DNA of 64,000 nt from Bacteroidales bacterium (GTDB lineage: Bacteria; Bacteroidota; Bacteroidia; Bacteroidales; UBA932), in the NCBI GenBank assembly GCA_017962375.1, contig JAGCVJ010000014.1, positions 42,790-106,789 on the forward strand, read 5' to 3'. The notes beneath the pieces are model-generated. The model was not told the origin of the DNA. It saw only the letters and a list, made by a program, of their open reading frames with translations, and did not search any database. This document shows positions 1 through 8,324 of the stretch, one piece after another (positions within the stretch are counted from its first letter, which is position 1; each line of letters starts with the position of its first letter). The translations under genes and the position numbers were made by a program.

Positions 1-1870
1 TCTGAGGATTGGCAGCCCAAGTCTTCCCTCGGTCCTCAAAGCTTGCCATTTCCATAGGATCAGGACTGTATGGTCCCGGGATAGCCTCGCTGCTTCCCAT
101 CGTTGATGCATACAGCGGATATGCCACCCAAAGGCAGGTGTACATGCTGTACTGGTACATGTATGTATAATTGCGGTCTCCGTCTGCAAAGAAGGTGCTT
201 GTGAAGTAGTCTGAGCCTGTTTGAGATGCCGGAAGCTCAAGCCAACCGTTGATTGCCTGGCTTCCACCTTCTCCAGGTTCCTGGCTTACTGCAAGTTCTA
301 CAGAAGATGCTCCTGTATAATTAAGCGTAATGGTGCCGGTCCTTGAATTGGCGCCCGCTGCCTGTGCCGCTACATTAAACGTTATGTTATTGCCGCTTAC
401 TGCAACATTGGTTATCCAGGAAGCATTTGAAGTTGCTGTCAGAGTTACTCCCGATACCGGATTTGTAATCGTATAGCTTGCTGTCTGCGAACCGCCGGCC
501 TTACCTACCACTACAGGGTTGGAGGAGGTGATGCTGATGGCAGGGCCTGTCGGGCCAGATCCCTCCGCGATATACAGAGCCACAGGCTTCTGGCTGGAAG
601 TGTAGCAGCAGAATCGCGGGCTGCTCTGATTGTACTGGAGGGTTCTTGTTGTGGCATTGCCGCAGGCAATCGTAGCCACTCCGCTGCTGATGGAAATGTT
701 CCAGTTATAAGCATCTGCCTGCTCTATGCTGGTATTGCCACTATCCCAGGCCAGATAATTGCCGTAATTGACATCGCCGGATTTATCGTTCTGGATAGTC
801 CAGGAACTTCCATTCTTCTTTAACTTGACAGGAAGCACAGTACTTGTATTGTCCAACACGATAGTATTGCCTGTCTTGGTGATATTTTCACTAGTATGGA
901 TTGTTCCGCTCAAGCCCCCCATGGCTTTATCGAATCCGGAAGCGGCGATGATATAAGTTCCTTCAACCAGGCCGGACTGATTCTGTACCAGAGTATAGGT
1001 TACCGACGTGGAAACCGGAGTTGCATAGCCGCTCATGTTCATTCCGAATCTCGTCATCTTGCCGATCGAGAAGCTCAGAGTTCCTGAGAAGGCGCTTTCA
1101 GGCTTGGTATATGTGTTCTGGTCCGTTGAAACCACCACGCTTGAGAAACCAGCATTCTCTACCGGCATCGCTGTGAAATAAACAGGGAAAGTTCCGTCAG
1201 AAGGAACAACGGCATCGTCATAATTCAACGTTATCTTCTTGCCTCCGTTGGCATAAGTTCCAGCATCGTCGCCAGAAACCACATAATAACCGGTGACTAT
1301 CTTGTCGAATGTAACCTCAACTCTCTTGATTTTCTCGCCCGGAACAAGGCCTTTCAACGTCATCTTGTTAACGGTAATGATTCTCTGCATCATGAACTGC
1401 AGCGAGTTAAGAGCCGTAGCGGATGTTATTTCATCGGTTATCATTCCATCTGCATCCGGGTCATAGGAAGACTCTCCAGGGCTCTGAGTATCCTGAATCT
1501 TTATGTTTCCCTTGTTGCTGAATTCCTTGGCAAACCTTGCCGAATAAACATATTCGTCAGCCTGTACAGTAGCAAACTCCACTGTAAGGTCGATTCTTTT
1601 CATATCGGCGCTATAGTCAATTTCGGTAATGGTTCCCAAAGTCCCGTTCTCATAAATCCTGAAGTATTCGTCATCGCCTTCAGACCAAACATATGAAGCT
1701 TTGTCGTCTCCTTCAACCAATGACGTTTTGGTGTCTGCACCCTTGGTAAAAGAAACCTTGACAGTCCTCTTGTAAACCTCCGGCTGAGGTTCAGACTTGT
1801 CCTTTGCGCATCCCAGCAGCATCGCTGAGACAGCTGCTATCAAACCTATTTTGCAAAATATTCTTTTCAT
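1..1870 (-). CDS. Surface lipoprotein A, 3-prime end cut by window edge: pilin-like N-domain, shared mid module, BACON-like Ig domain, then start of a DNA/RNA non-specific endonuclease-like domain
   Basis: Hand translation from the ATG at 1868-1870 gives MKRIFCKIGLIAAVSAMLLGCAKDKSEP (lipobox LLGC). The frame stays open to position 1, so there is no stop and the ORF is absent from the track. Mid module ends RTLQYNQSSPRFCCYTSSQKPVALYIAEGSG. BACON-like stretch: GGSQTASYTITNPVSGVTLTATSNASWITNVAVSGNNITFNV..RTGTITLNY. The last residues, INGWLELPA..DRNYTYMYQYSMYTCLWVAYPL, resemble the N-terminal part of Endonuclease_NS lipoproteins. Confidence 0.6.
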   Translation of the reverse strand, partial: MKRIFCKIGLIAAVSAMLLGCAKDKSEPQPEVYKRTVKVSFTKGADTKTSLVEGDDKASYVWSEGDDEYFRIYENGTLGTITEIDYSADMKRIDLTVEFATVQADEYVYSARFAKEFSNKGNIKIQDTQSPGESSYDPDADGMITDEITSATALNSLQFMMQRIITVNKMTLKGLVPGEKIKRVEVTFDKIVTGYYVVSGDDAGTYANGGKKITLNYDDAVVPSDGTFPVYFTAMPVENAGFSSVVVSTDQNTYTKPESAFSGTLSFSIGKMTRFGMNMSGYATPVSTSVTYTLVQNQSGLVEGTYIIAASGFDKAMGGLSGTIHTSENITKTGNTIVLDNTSTVLPVKLKKNGSSWTIQNDKSGDVNYGNYLAWDSGNTSIEQADAYNWNISISSGVATIACGNATTRTLQYNQSSPRFCCYTSSQKPVALYIAEGSGPTGPAISITSSNPVVVGKAGGSQTASYTITNPVSGVTLTATSNASWITNVAVSGNNITFNVAAQAAGANSRTGTITLNYTGASSVELAVSQEPGEGGSQAINGWLELPASQTGSDYFTSTFFADGDRNYTYMYQYSMYTCLWVAYPLYASTMGSSEAIPGPYSPDPMEMASFEDRGKTWAANPQ

Positions 1871-1880
1871 GGCAGACATT

Positions 1881-2003
1881 TTAAAAATCACCTTCATCAT
1901 CGTAATCGTCGTCCGGAATAGTATTAGTACTCTGGGCAATGCAATTTTCTGTGCAAACGGCAAAGACCCTGCACTTTGGAACGGAGTATTTCTCCCGCTC
2001 CAT
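1881..2003 (-). CDS. Small acidic ORF A-prime (40 aa), 10 nt upstream of lipoprotein A
   Basis: Hand translation: MEREKYSVPKCRVFAVCTENCIAQSTNTIPDDDYDDEGDF. Shares the Y-x-x-P-x-C-[KR]-V-[YF] core and an acidic aromatic C-terminus with the other cassette ORFs. No signal peptide. Confidence 0.5.
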   Translation of the reverse strand: MEREKYSVPKCRVFAVCTENCIAQSTNTIPDDDYDDEGDF

Positions 2004-2137
2004 TTTGTTAAGGCAAATTAATTTCATCAATTAAAAAATTCTTTTTCCGACCCCAATCACTCAAAATCTGGCCCCGCAAAGTGATGCAAGTTAACAAAAA
2101 ATTCTTTTGGTTCTTTCTTTTCTCAGCCCCAGAAACA

Positions 2138-2171
2138 AAGAAGTCCGGAACCTGATTGTTTCGGACTTCTT
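2138..2171 (-). terminator. Hairpin downstream of lipoprotein B
   Basis: AAGAAGTCCG, a 14-nt loop, then CGGACTTCTT. On the minus strand it is followed by TGTTTCT, a weak U-tract. Confidence 0.45.
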
Positions 2172-2193
2172 GCATCACGACAAAAATCGTGTT

Positions 2194-4029
2194 TTATTTA
2201 GGAGCGCCAGCTCCAGCCTGGGCAATATACAGAAGAACTTCCTCTGTATTCTGCCAAACTCCGTCTACCATATTATAGCAGTAGAACAACTGCATATAGC
2301 CGCTTCTGCCAGAGCTTGAAGTATTCTGAGGAAGAGTAATAGTAAGTGTTCCCGTATTTCCAGATACTGAGTTGCTGGTAGTAAGAGGAATATTATAAGT
2401 AGAAACAGGACCCGACTGCGGCTGGATCTCTCCGTCAGCAGCTGGATACTTGATCTCGTAAGTAACGGTATAGGTACCGCCTGCTGCAGGCAGATACATT
2501 GTGTTGCCTACATAAACCATCGGCTCATATCCTGAAGGAGTGTTGACTCCTGAGGTGAAACGGAATTCAGGAACCGGAACAATTAGCGGATCACCTTCGC
2601 CAGTGCCTTCAAGTTTGTAGATTGCCAACGCTTCTGAAGCCAAGAAGGCATTGTCCATAAAGAATTCTTTATTATTATGATGATAACTCAGATACTTAAA
2701 TCGGCTCGCAGTATTATACGGGGTCATAAAGGCTTCGCCGTTTTCTTCCAGATGAACTTCCCAGCTAATGCCCTTCTCAGTCTCAGTAGAAGAACAGTTA
2801 TACAAATAAGTCCACTGGCTATAGTTGGAGCTAGGAGAAGAAGTTATCAAGGCGCCAATATACTTGTTGGCAAACTCCCCATTCTTGCACTCGAGCATAA
2901 CTGTATTCTTGCCGCTTCCCTTCTTCAGGGTGAATACCTGAACATCATCGCCAGGATTCTCGATAGTGGCCTTGTCTGAACTCTTAACGATATCAGCCTC
3001 TTTTCTCCAAGGGTAAGACCACATTTCTGTTGCCATTGCCTTGTCGTAAACGGTTGACGCAATCACGAACTCAGAGCCTGCGGTAAGCTCAGAATAATCG
3101 GTGACAAGCTTATACTGCAGAGGCTCTGGAGTGATGCCGCTCATGTTGAGATTGAAGGATGCAACCTGTCCCATCTTGAAATTGCCCTTTCCAGAAGGGA
3201 ATGTAACTTCCTTGGTGAAAACTCCTGCATCGGTCTTAACCTTTACAGTAAGTGTCTTGCCTTCCAGGTTTACAGGAAGAACTGAGAACCAGAACACCTT
3301 GCTGGCGTTGCTCTCTGCAGAAAGCTTGGAAGGATTGAGAGTCAGATACTTGTTCTGCTCAAATCCACCGGTGTAATACTCGTTTTCAGGATACATGGAG
3401 TTTCCTGTCAGGTACTCGGTAGAAGAAAGCTCAATGCTCTTGATGGTAACATCCTCAGGGAAGTTCTTGAGCATGAATTTTCCGTATGCTGCAATGTGGG
3501 AGAACTTGAGAGTTATCTTCTCAGGCATTGCGTTGGCAACAATAGCATGGTCAAGCGATGCAAACAGAATATGCGCTGCCTCATCGACAGATGTCATAGT
3601 AGGAGTCTGCTCCGAAGGAACTGCAAATCCCAATCCCCATCCGCCGTTATTTCCTGTGAAAGCGGTAGCAGGACTGACAGCCTGAAGCCAAAGCTCTGTG
3701 TCATCCTGTGGAAGATTGCTGAACTGAGCGTCAAAAGAAGCGGTTTTGCCGTCTCCTGAAGGAATGACGGTTGCCTCGTCAGACCAGTTTACGTTCAAGC
3801 TGAAGATAACCTTAACTTTCTGGTCTGCAGACCATACGGTTGGATAACCCTCAGATGTCTTGTCGCCGAAGTAAGTCTTTGTAGAAGGCTCCTGGGTCTG
3901 GGCGTTGAAGCTGATTTTAACAGCCTGCCTTTCCTGCTCTTTTGCAAGAGGAGAACTATCCTTGCTGCAGCTGATGAATGAAGTTGCAACTACTGCAACT
4001 ACTGCGAATAAACTGAAATACTTTCTCAT
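2194..4029 (-). CDS. Modular surface lipoprotein B: pilin-like N-domain, mid module, Ig/BACON-like C-terminus
   Basis: ORF track, 611 aa. Lipobox FISC followed by SKDSS. N-domain is paralogous to C, D and E (FSHIAAYGKFMLKNFPE, SNASKVFWFSV, FPSGKGNF). Mid module ends ALAIYKLEGTGEG. Confidence 0.85.
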   Translation of the reverse strand: MRKYFSLFAVVAVVATSFISCSKDSSPLAKEQERQAVKISFNAQTQEPSTKTYFGDKTSEGYPTVWSADQKVKVIFSLNVNWSDEATVIPSGDGKTASFDAQFSNLPQDDTELWLQAVSPATAFTGNNGGWGLGFAVPSEQTPTMTSVDEAAHILFASLDHAIVANAMPEKITLKFSHIAAYGKFMLKNFPEDVTIKSIELSSTEYLTGNSMYPENEYYTGGFEQNKYLTLNPSKLSAESNASKVFWFSVLPVNLEGKTLTVKVKTDAGVFTKEVTFPSGKGNFKMGQVASFNLNMSGITPEPLQYKLVTDYSELTAGSEFVIASTVYDKAMATEMWSYPWRKEADIVKSSDKATIENPGDDVQVFTLKKGSGKNTVMLECKNGEFANKYIGALITSSPSSNYSQWTYLYNCSSTETEKGISWEVHLEENGEAFMTPYNTASRFKYLSYHHNNKEFFMDNAFLASEALAIYKLEGTGEGDPLIVPVPEFRFTSGVNTPSGYEPMVYVGNTMYLPAAGGTYTVTYEIKYPAADGEIQPQSGPVSTYNIPLTTSNSVSGNTGTLTITLPQNTSSSGRSGYMQLFYCYNMVDGVWQNTEEVLLYIAQAGAGAPK

Positions 4030-4036
4030 TTTAATT

Positions 4037-4042
4037 TCCTCC
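4037..4042 (-). promoter_or_regulatory. Shine-Dalgarno-like GGAGGA, 7 nt before the ATG of lipoprotein B
   Basis: Minus strand reads CTTTAAAATCAGAGGAGGAAATTAAAATG. The stop of the small ORF lies 8 nt upstream of the GGAGGA. Confidence 0.5.
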
Positions 4043-4049
4043 TCTGATT

Positions 4050-4187
4050 TTAAAGATCACCCCAGTCCTCTTCTGGTGAAGGGTCAACCTCGTCGCCTGA
4101 GCTCATTGTGGCGATAGTGCCCTCTAATTTAACGGAATACACTTTGCAAAAAGGCTTAGCATATTCCTCTCTCTTGTGTGTTATCAT
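4050..4187 (-). CDS. Small acidic ORF B-prime (45 aa)
   Basis: MITHKREEYAKPFCKVYSVKLEGTIATMSSGDEVDPSPEEDWGDL. This is the 3-prime part of track ORF 4050..4286. The internal ATG at 4187 is preferred because of homology with D-prime and E-prime, and because the promoter-like box lies downstream of the longer start. Confidence 0.6.
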   Translation of the reverse strand: MITHKREEYAKPFCKVYSVKLEGTIATMSSGDEVDPSPEEDWGDL

Positions 4188-4255
4188 AATTGTTATACGT
4201 ATAATAATATATTTTTCAACTAGTATTCTTCGCAGAAAATCGCGAAAAAGCGGCG

Positions 4256-4264
4256 CAAAGTTTA
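4256..4264 (-). promoter_or_regulatory. Imperfect Bacteroidetes -7-like box (TAAACTTTG) upstream of B-prime
   Basis: Minus strand CTAAACTTTGCGCCGCTTTTTCG. The context matches the box upstream of D-prime (GCTAACTTGCGCCGCTTTTTTCG). Confidence 0.4.
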
Positions 4265-4272
4265 GAATAAAA

Positions 4273-4310
4273 GTCCAAAAAAGCAAGAGCTCGGCGCAAT
4301 ACCGAGCTCT
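4273..4310 (-). terminator. Intrinsic terminator of lipoprotein C
   Basis: AGAGCTCGG, a 7-nt loop, then CCGAGCTCT. Followed on the minus strand by TGCTTTTTTGG. Lies 32 nt after the stop codon. Confidence 0.75.
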
Positions 4311-4341
4311 ATTCCATTTAGAAATCTCAAAAAGAGGTAAG

Positions 4342-5664
4342 TTAGTTCTCGTAGGTTACATCGATATTGTAAGCCTTAACTCCACTGTAAATGTTAGTAA
4401 CAATTATTGTTAAAACTTTTCCTGTTTCTACTGTCGTTGAACTAACAGTCACATCAGGCGTACCCCAAAGTGATCCGCTTCCTACAGCAGTGTCACCTAC
4501 CTTCAAGGTTATTAAGCCATCCGTATCATCGTCAACTCCGCCCAATTTGATAGATAGACTCTTAATTTTTGCAGATCTCTCAAGCGTCGTGGTAAATGTT
4601 ATTGAGCCGGCAGCCCAATGCTCATCGCCAATAATGCTGAAATCAGTCTCCTGATCATAATCAGGGTTCTGAGTAGTGGTAATAGTCCAAGTATTTCCCT
4701 GGCTATCATTACCCGTAACTGTAGCTGCATTAATCTTGGTGCGACCGGTTCCGCTGCCAAATTGAATCGTTGCTGTCTTTTCAACAAGAGGCATTTCGAT
4801 AGTGAATGAAGCAACCCTTCCGGCCTGGAAATTACCTTTTTCTGCAGGGAAAGTGATGGTCTTAACATAATCCCCTACATTGGTGTGTACAGTAACTTTC
4901 AGGTTCTTGCCCTGCAGATCAACAGGCTTAACAGCAAACCAGAAAACTTTGCTTGCATTGCTCTCGGCAGATATCGCTGAGACATTAAGGCTAATAGTCT
5001 TAGAAGCGGTTTTATCTGCATAAGTTCCAGTTGCAGGATAGAAATAAACACTTCCTGCAATATTCTCGTCTGCCTCAAGGTCAATGCCAGAGATTGTTAC
5101 ATCCTCAGGGAAATCTTTGAGTGTAAATCTTCCGTAAGCCGCAATGTGAGAGAAAGAAAGAGATACATTATCAGGGAAAGTAGTAAATGTTGCAGACTTG
5201 GCGGCCATAATGTGAGCAGCTTCATCTACAGAGCTCATGGTCGGAGTCTGAGTTGCAGGAAATACAACTTCAACACGACTAGATGCAGCTTCCCAGGAAC
5301 TAGCGGCTACAGCTGGGCTGAGAGCATAGAACACATAGTTTCCACTGCCATCATCTGTGACCTCAGCATTGAAAGTAGCAGTCTTGCCGTCTGCAGAAGG
5401 AGTTACATCTGCCTGAACGGCATTGGCATAGTTAAGAGCAACGCTAACCTTCTGGGTTGAAGTCCAAATAGTTGGATAACCTGACGAAGTCTTGTCACCG
5501 AATTGAGTCTTAGTAGCTGGGTTAGAAGATTTAGCAATGAAGGTTACCTTTTTGGCTATAGAATCTGAAAGATTCTCCACATCTTCATTTTTGCTGCAAC
5601 TTGCCACAGTCAATCCAGCAACGGCTGCAAGGCATAAAAAACTAAAAAACTTGTTCATTTTCAT
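4342..5664 (-). CDS. Modular surface lipoprotein C: pilin-like N-domain plus a short C-terminal beta-rich module, no mid module
   Basis: ORF track, 440 aa. Lipobox VASC followed by SKNEDVEN. N-domain close to D (SVDEAAHIMAAKSATF, LKVTVHT, TITFPAEKGNFQAG). The GGAGGA position favours the second ATG at 5658. Confidence 0.85.
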   Translation of the reverse strand: MKMNKFFSFLCLAAVAGLTVASCSKNEDVENLSDSIAKKVTFIAKSSNPATKTQFGDKTSSGYPTIWTSTQKVSVALNYANAVQADVTPSADGKTATFNAEVTDDGSGNYVFYALSPAVAASSWEAASSRVEVVFPATQTPTMSSVDEAAHIMAAKSATFTTFPDNVSLSFSHIAAYGRFTLKDFPEDVTISGIDLEADENIAGSVYFYPATGTYADKTASKTISLNVSAISAESNASKVFWFAVKPVDLQGKNLKVTVHTNVGDYVKTITFPAEKGNFQAGRVASFTIEMPLVEKTATIQFGSGTGRTKINAATVTGNDSQGNTWTITTTQNPDYDQETDFSIIGDEHWAAGSITFTTTLERSAKIKSLSIKLGGVDDDTDGLITLKVGDTAVGSGSLWGTPDVTVSSTTVETGKVLTIIVTNIYSGVKAYNIDVTYEN

Positions 5665-5670
5665 TCCTCC
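5665..5670 (-). promoter_or_regulatory. Shine-Dalgarno-like GGAGGA before lipoprotein C
   Basis: Minus strand TTTAAAATTATGGAGGAATGAAAATGAAC. The spacing fits the second ATG. Confidence 0.45.
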
Positions 5671-5676
5671 ATAATT

Positions 5677-5733
5677 TTAAAGATCATCCCAGTCTTCTTC
5701 TGGTGAAGGGTCAACTTCGTCGCCAGAGCTCAT
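5677..5733 (-). pseudogene. Truncated small ORF C-prime: only the conserved 18-codon tail remains (MSSGDEVDPSPEEDWDDL)
   Basis: The tail is near-identical to B-prime, D-prime and E-prime. The upstream in-frame sequence (..DSSLTLCHFSASVA) has lost the EEY..P.C.VYS half. It may still be translated from its own ATG. Confidence 0.35.
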
Positions 5734-5757
5734 AGCAACACTGGCGGAAAAGTGACA

Positions 5758-5765
5758 CAAAGTTA
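5758..5765 (-). promoter_or_regulatory. Exact TAnnTTTG -7 box (TAACTTTG), 24 nt upstream of the C-prime ATG
   Basis: Minus strand TTTAACTTTGTGTCACTTTTCCGCC. Confidence 0.5.
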
Positions 5766-5800
5766 AAGAAGAGTCAACTAAAATTGCAAATCACAGTAAA

Positions 5801-5831
5801 ACAAAAAACGGGCAGGATTTTGTCCTGCCCG
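5801..5831 (-). terminator. Intrinsic terminator of lipoprotein D
   Basis: CGGGCAGGA, a 5-nt loop, then TCCTGCCCG. Followed on the minus strand by TTTTTTGTTTT. Confidence 0.8.
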
Positions 5832-5856
5832 CCCTAAAAGTACTATTCGAAAAAAA

Positions 5857-7956
5857 TTATAATGCAAATGATGCGCTCTTAAACTCAAAGTATCTGTTAT
5901 TATTGCCATTTACATGCACATTGTAGGTAATTTTGTAATAACAGTTGCTCCAGTCTTGTCCGCTAGGTTTTGTGATTGTTACAGATCCGTTTGCGCTGAA
6001 AGAAGGAGTTGCAGTGTAAACTGGATTTGAGAAGTCTGCGTTCTTTGATACAACAACAGTCATGGAATTTACCGTAATCTTGCTAGCAGCGCCATGAGAA
6101 ATTACAATAGAGCTGAAATCTTGCTCAAAAGCTGTTGTACTGAAAATTGTCCTGTCTACATCATCTAGCTGTTTGCCACCAATTCTCCACGGATTTTCTG
6201 TAGTGTTACCCATAACTTTCCAAGAGATATCTCCCTGAGTTATATTTGATTCTGTAGCGTAGCCATTGTCGCCACCAGTTACGGAACCGTCAAGAGTATA
6301 ACCGGAAACGAATGTTGCTGAAATTTCAACATCTGATGTTCCAACAGTGAAGGTTGCAACAGCAGTGTTGCCGCTAACTGTTGCACCAGTTACATACCAT
6401 GAGGAGAATGCGGAACCGGAAGCTGCAGTTGCAGTCAGAGTAACAGTTTTGCCTTCCTGAACCTTAGTGCCAGAAGCTATCTCGTCTCCATCAACGGTAA
6501 CAACGAAGGAGCCTCCAGTCAGTGGCTGGGTGTAGGTAATGGTATGTTTAACTTCGGCTACCAATGGATCACCGGAACCGGTGCCTTCAAGCTTGTAGAT
6601 GGCAACATCCTGCTGACCTGAAGCATAGCAAGCAAAAAGTTTCGCACCATTGTTGAATCTCAGAATGTTGCTTGAATACTGCTTGGCGGATAACTCAGCT
6701 ACACCATCACTGCCAAGGATTACGCCGAATGAAGTATTGTCACCTTTTGTGCTAAAGGTCTTCAAATAATTGCCCCCATTAGCAGAACCAATATAATAGT
6801 CCTCAACAAGGATACCTCCGTTGTTGCCTTTGAATGCAACGGTATTTGTTATCGTGCCTGCCTCAAGGAGGAATGTCTGAACGGCATCACCAGGGTTGAC
6901 AACAGTGTTTGTACCCTTGGTTATAGCAGCGGCAGCTCTGTTATTACCGTTGTCGGTAGTGCCAAGAGCATAATCTGCTTCATTTGCTACAATGATAACC
7001 TCAGAATTAGCGGTAAGCTCGTCATAGCTGGTAACAAGTGTATAAATCTTGTCAGCAGCTGGGGTTATTCCATTAAAGTCGATGTTGAAGGCTGCAACCT
7101 TTCCAGCCTGGAAATTGCCCTTGCCGGAAGGGAAAGTGATGGTCTTTACGTAATCGCCTCCATCGGTATGAACGGTGACTTTCAGGTTCTTGCCCTGCAG
7201 GTCAACTGGCTTGATTCCAAACCAGAACACCTTGCTTGCATTGCTCTCGGCAGAAATCGCTGAGGAGCTAATGCTAACGGTCTTTGCTGCAGAATTGTCT
7301 GCATACTCGCCGGTCTCAGGATAGAAGTAAACTCTTCCAACAATGTTCTCGTCTGCGGTAAGATCAACGCCTGTGATAGCAACTGTCTCAGGGAAGTTCT
7401 TGAGCATGAACTTTCCGTATGCTGCAATATGAGAGAAAGTCAAAGAAACTGAAGACTCTTCTGAAGGGAACTCAGTAAATGTAGCGGACTTGGCTGCCAT
7501 AATGTGAGCTTTCTCGTCAACAGAACCCATTGTAGGTGCCTGATTTGCCGGGAAGTCTACCTGAACGCTCTGATAACTAGCGTTCCAGGAAATAGCGGCA
7601 ACGGCTGGACTGAGAGCGTAGAAAACATAATTACCGCTTTCGTCATCATTAACTGTTACGGTGAAAGTAGCGGTCTTGCCATCTGCAGAAGGGGTTACGG
7701 TAGCCTGCTTTGCATTGGCAAAGTTAAGAGCTATGCTAACCTTCTGGTTGCTTGTCCACACTGTTGGATAACCAGCGGAAGTCTTATCACCAAAAATGGT
7801 CTTGGTGTCTGGATTAGCAGATTTAGCGTTGAAGCTAACCTTCTTTACAGGGGATGTAGGAAGATTCTCTTCTATTTCATTTTTGCTGCAGCTGGCCAAT
7901 GTCATGGCAGCAATGGCAGCAAGGCATAAATAATTAAAGAACTTTTTCATTTTCAT
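5857..7956 (-). CDS. Modular surface lipoprotein D: pilin-like N-domain, mid module, InlB-B-repeat-like module, C-terminal beta-rich module
   Basis: ORF track, 699 aa. Lipobox LASC followed by SKNEIEEN. Mid module ends VAIYKLEGTGSG. Repeat-like segment: HTITYTQPLTGGSF..GSAFSSWYVTGATVSGN. The second ATG at 7950 is favoured by the GGAGGA position. Confidence 0.85.
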   Translation of the reverse strand: MKMKKFFNYLCLAAIAAMTLASCSKNEIEENLPTSPVKKVSFNAKSANPDTKTIFGDKTSAGYPTVWTSNQKVSIALNFANAKQATVTPSADGKTATFTVTVNDDESGNYVFYALSPAVAAISWNASYQSVQVDFPANQAPTMGSVDEKAHIMAAKSATFTEFPSEESSVSLTFSHIAAYGKFMLKNFPETVAITGVDLTADENIVGRVYFYPETGEYADNSAAKTVSISSSAISAESNASKVFWFGIKPVDLQGKNLKVTVHTDGGDYVKTITFPSGKGNFQAGKVAAFNIDFNGITPAADKIYTLVTSYDELTANSEVIIVANEADYALGTTDNGNNRAAAAITKGTNTVVNPGDAVQTFLLEAGTITNTVAFKGNNGGILVEDYYIGSANGGNYLKTFSTKGDNTSFGVILGSDGVAELSAKQYSSNILRFNNGAKLFACYASGQQDVAIYKLEGTGSGDPLVAEVKHTITYTQPLTGGSFVVTVDGDEIASGTKVQEGKTVTLTATAASGSAFSSWYVTGATVSGNTAVATFTVGTSDVEISATFVSGYTLDGSVTGGDNGYATESNITQGDISWKVMGNTTENPWRIGGKQLDDVDRTIFSTTAFEQDFSSIVISHGAASKITVNSMTVVVSKNADFSNPVYTATPSFSANGSVTITKPSGQDWSNCYYKITYNVHVNGNNNRYFEFKSASFAL

Positions 7957-7962
7957 TCCTCC
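7957..7962 (-). promoter_or_regulatory. Shine-Dalgarno-like GGAGGA before lipoprotein D
   Basis: Minus strand TTTAAAATTATGGAGGAATGAAAATGAAAAAG. Confidence 0.45.
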
Positions 7963-7968
7963 ATAATT

Positions 7969-8112
7969 TTAAAGATCACCCCAGTCTTCTTCTGGTGAAG
8001 GGTCAACTTCATCGCCAGAGCTTAAAGTAGCAATGGTGCTCTCGAAATTTACGGAATACACTCTGCAAACTGGAGCAGTGTACTCCTTTTCCGTGTTAAA
8101 ATTGAACTTCAT
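7969..8112 (-). CDS. Small acidic ORF D-prime (47 aa)
   Basis: Hand translation: MKFNFNTEKEYTAPVCRVYSVNFESTIATLSSGDEVDPSPEEDWGDL. Confidence 0.6.
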   Translation of the reverse strand: MKFNFNTEKEYTAPVCRVYSVNFESTIATLSSGDEVDPSPEEDWGDL

Positions 8113-8163
8113 TTTTATAAATATGTATTATTATTTTTGTTCGATTAGGTCGAAAAAAGCGGC

Positions 8164-8171
8164 GCAAGTTA
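8164..8171 (-). promoter_or_regulatory. Imperfect -7-like box (TAACTTGC) upstream of D-prime
   Basis: Minus strand GCTAACTTGCGCCGCTTTTTTCG. Context conserved with the B-prime box. Confidence 0.35.
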
Positions 8172-8264
8172 GCATAATAAATTTGACACTTCCAAATTTT
8201 TTGGCGGAAAAACTCAAAAAATACCACTCAGCGGTGCATTACAGGCCTGTTTTGTAACATCTAT

Positions 8265-8302
8265 GACAAAAACAAAAGCGGGCAGGAATATCCCGCCCGC
8301 TT
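8265..8302 (-). terminator. Intrinsic terminator of lipoprotein E
   Basis: AAGCGGGCAGG, a short loop, then CCCGCCCGCTT (one mismatch). Followed on the minus strand by TTTTGTTTTTGTC. Confidence 0.75.
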
Positions 8303-8324
8303 AAATGCTAATACGTTCCAGAAT

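Noticed and set aside
1797-2021. 74-aa plus-strand ORF overlapping A-prime and the start of lipoprotein A
   Set aside because: It starts with TTG and lies opposite a small ORF that is conserved across the cassettes. It is also not repeated in the other cassettes.
4188-4286. Longer 78-aa version of small ORF B-prime (track ORF 4050..4286)
   Set aside because: The extension is hydrophobic and AT-rich and is not shared with D-prime or E-prime. It also starts upstream of the promoter-like box at 4256-4264.
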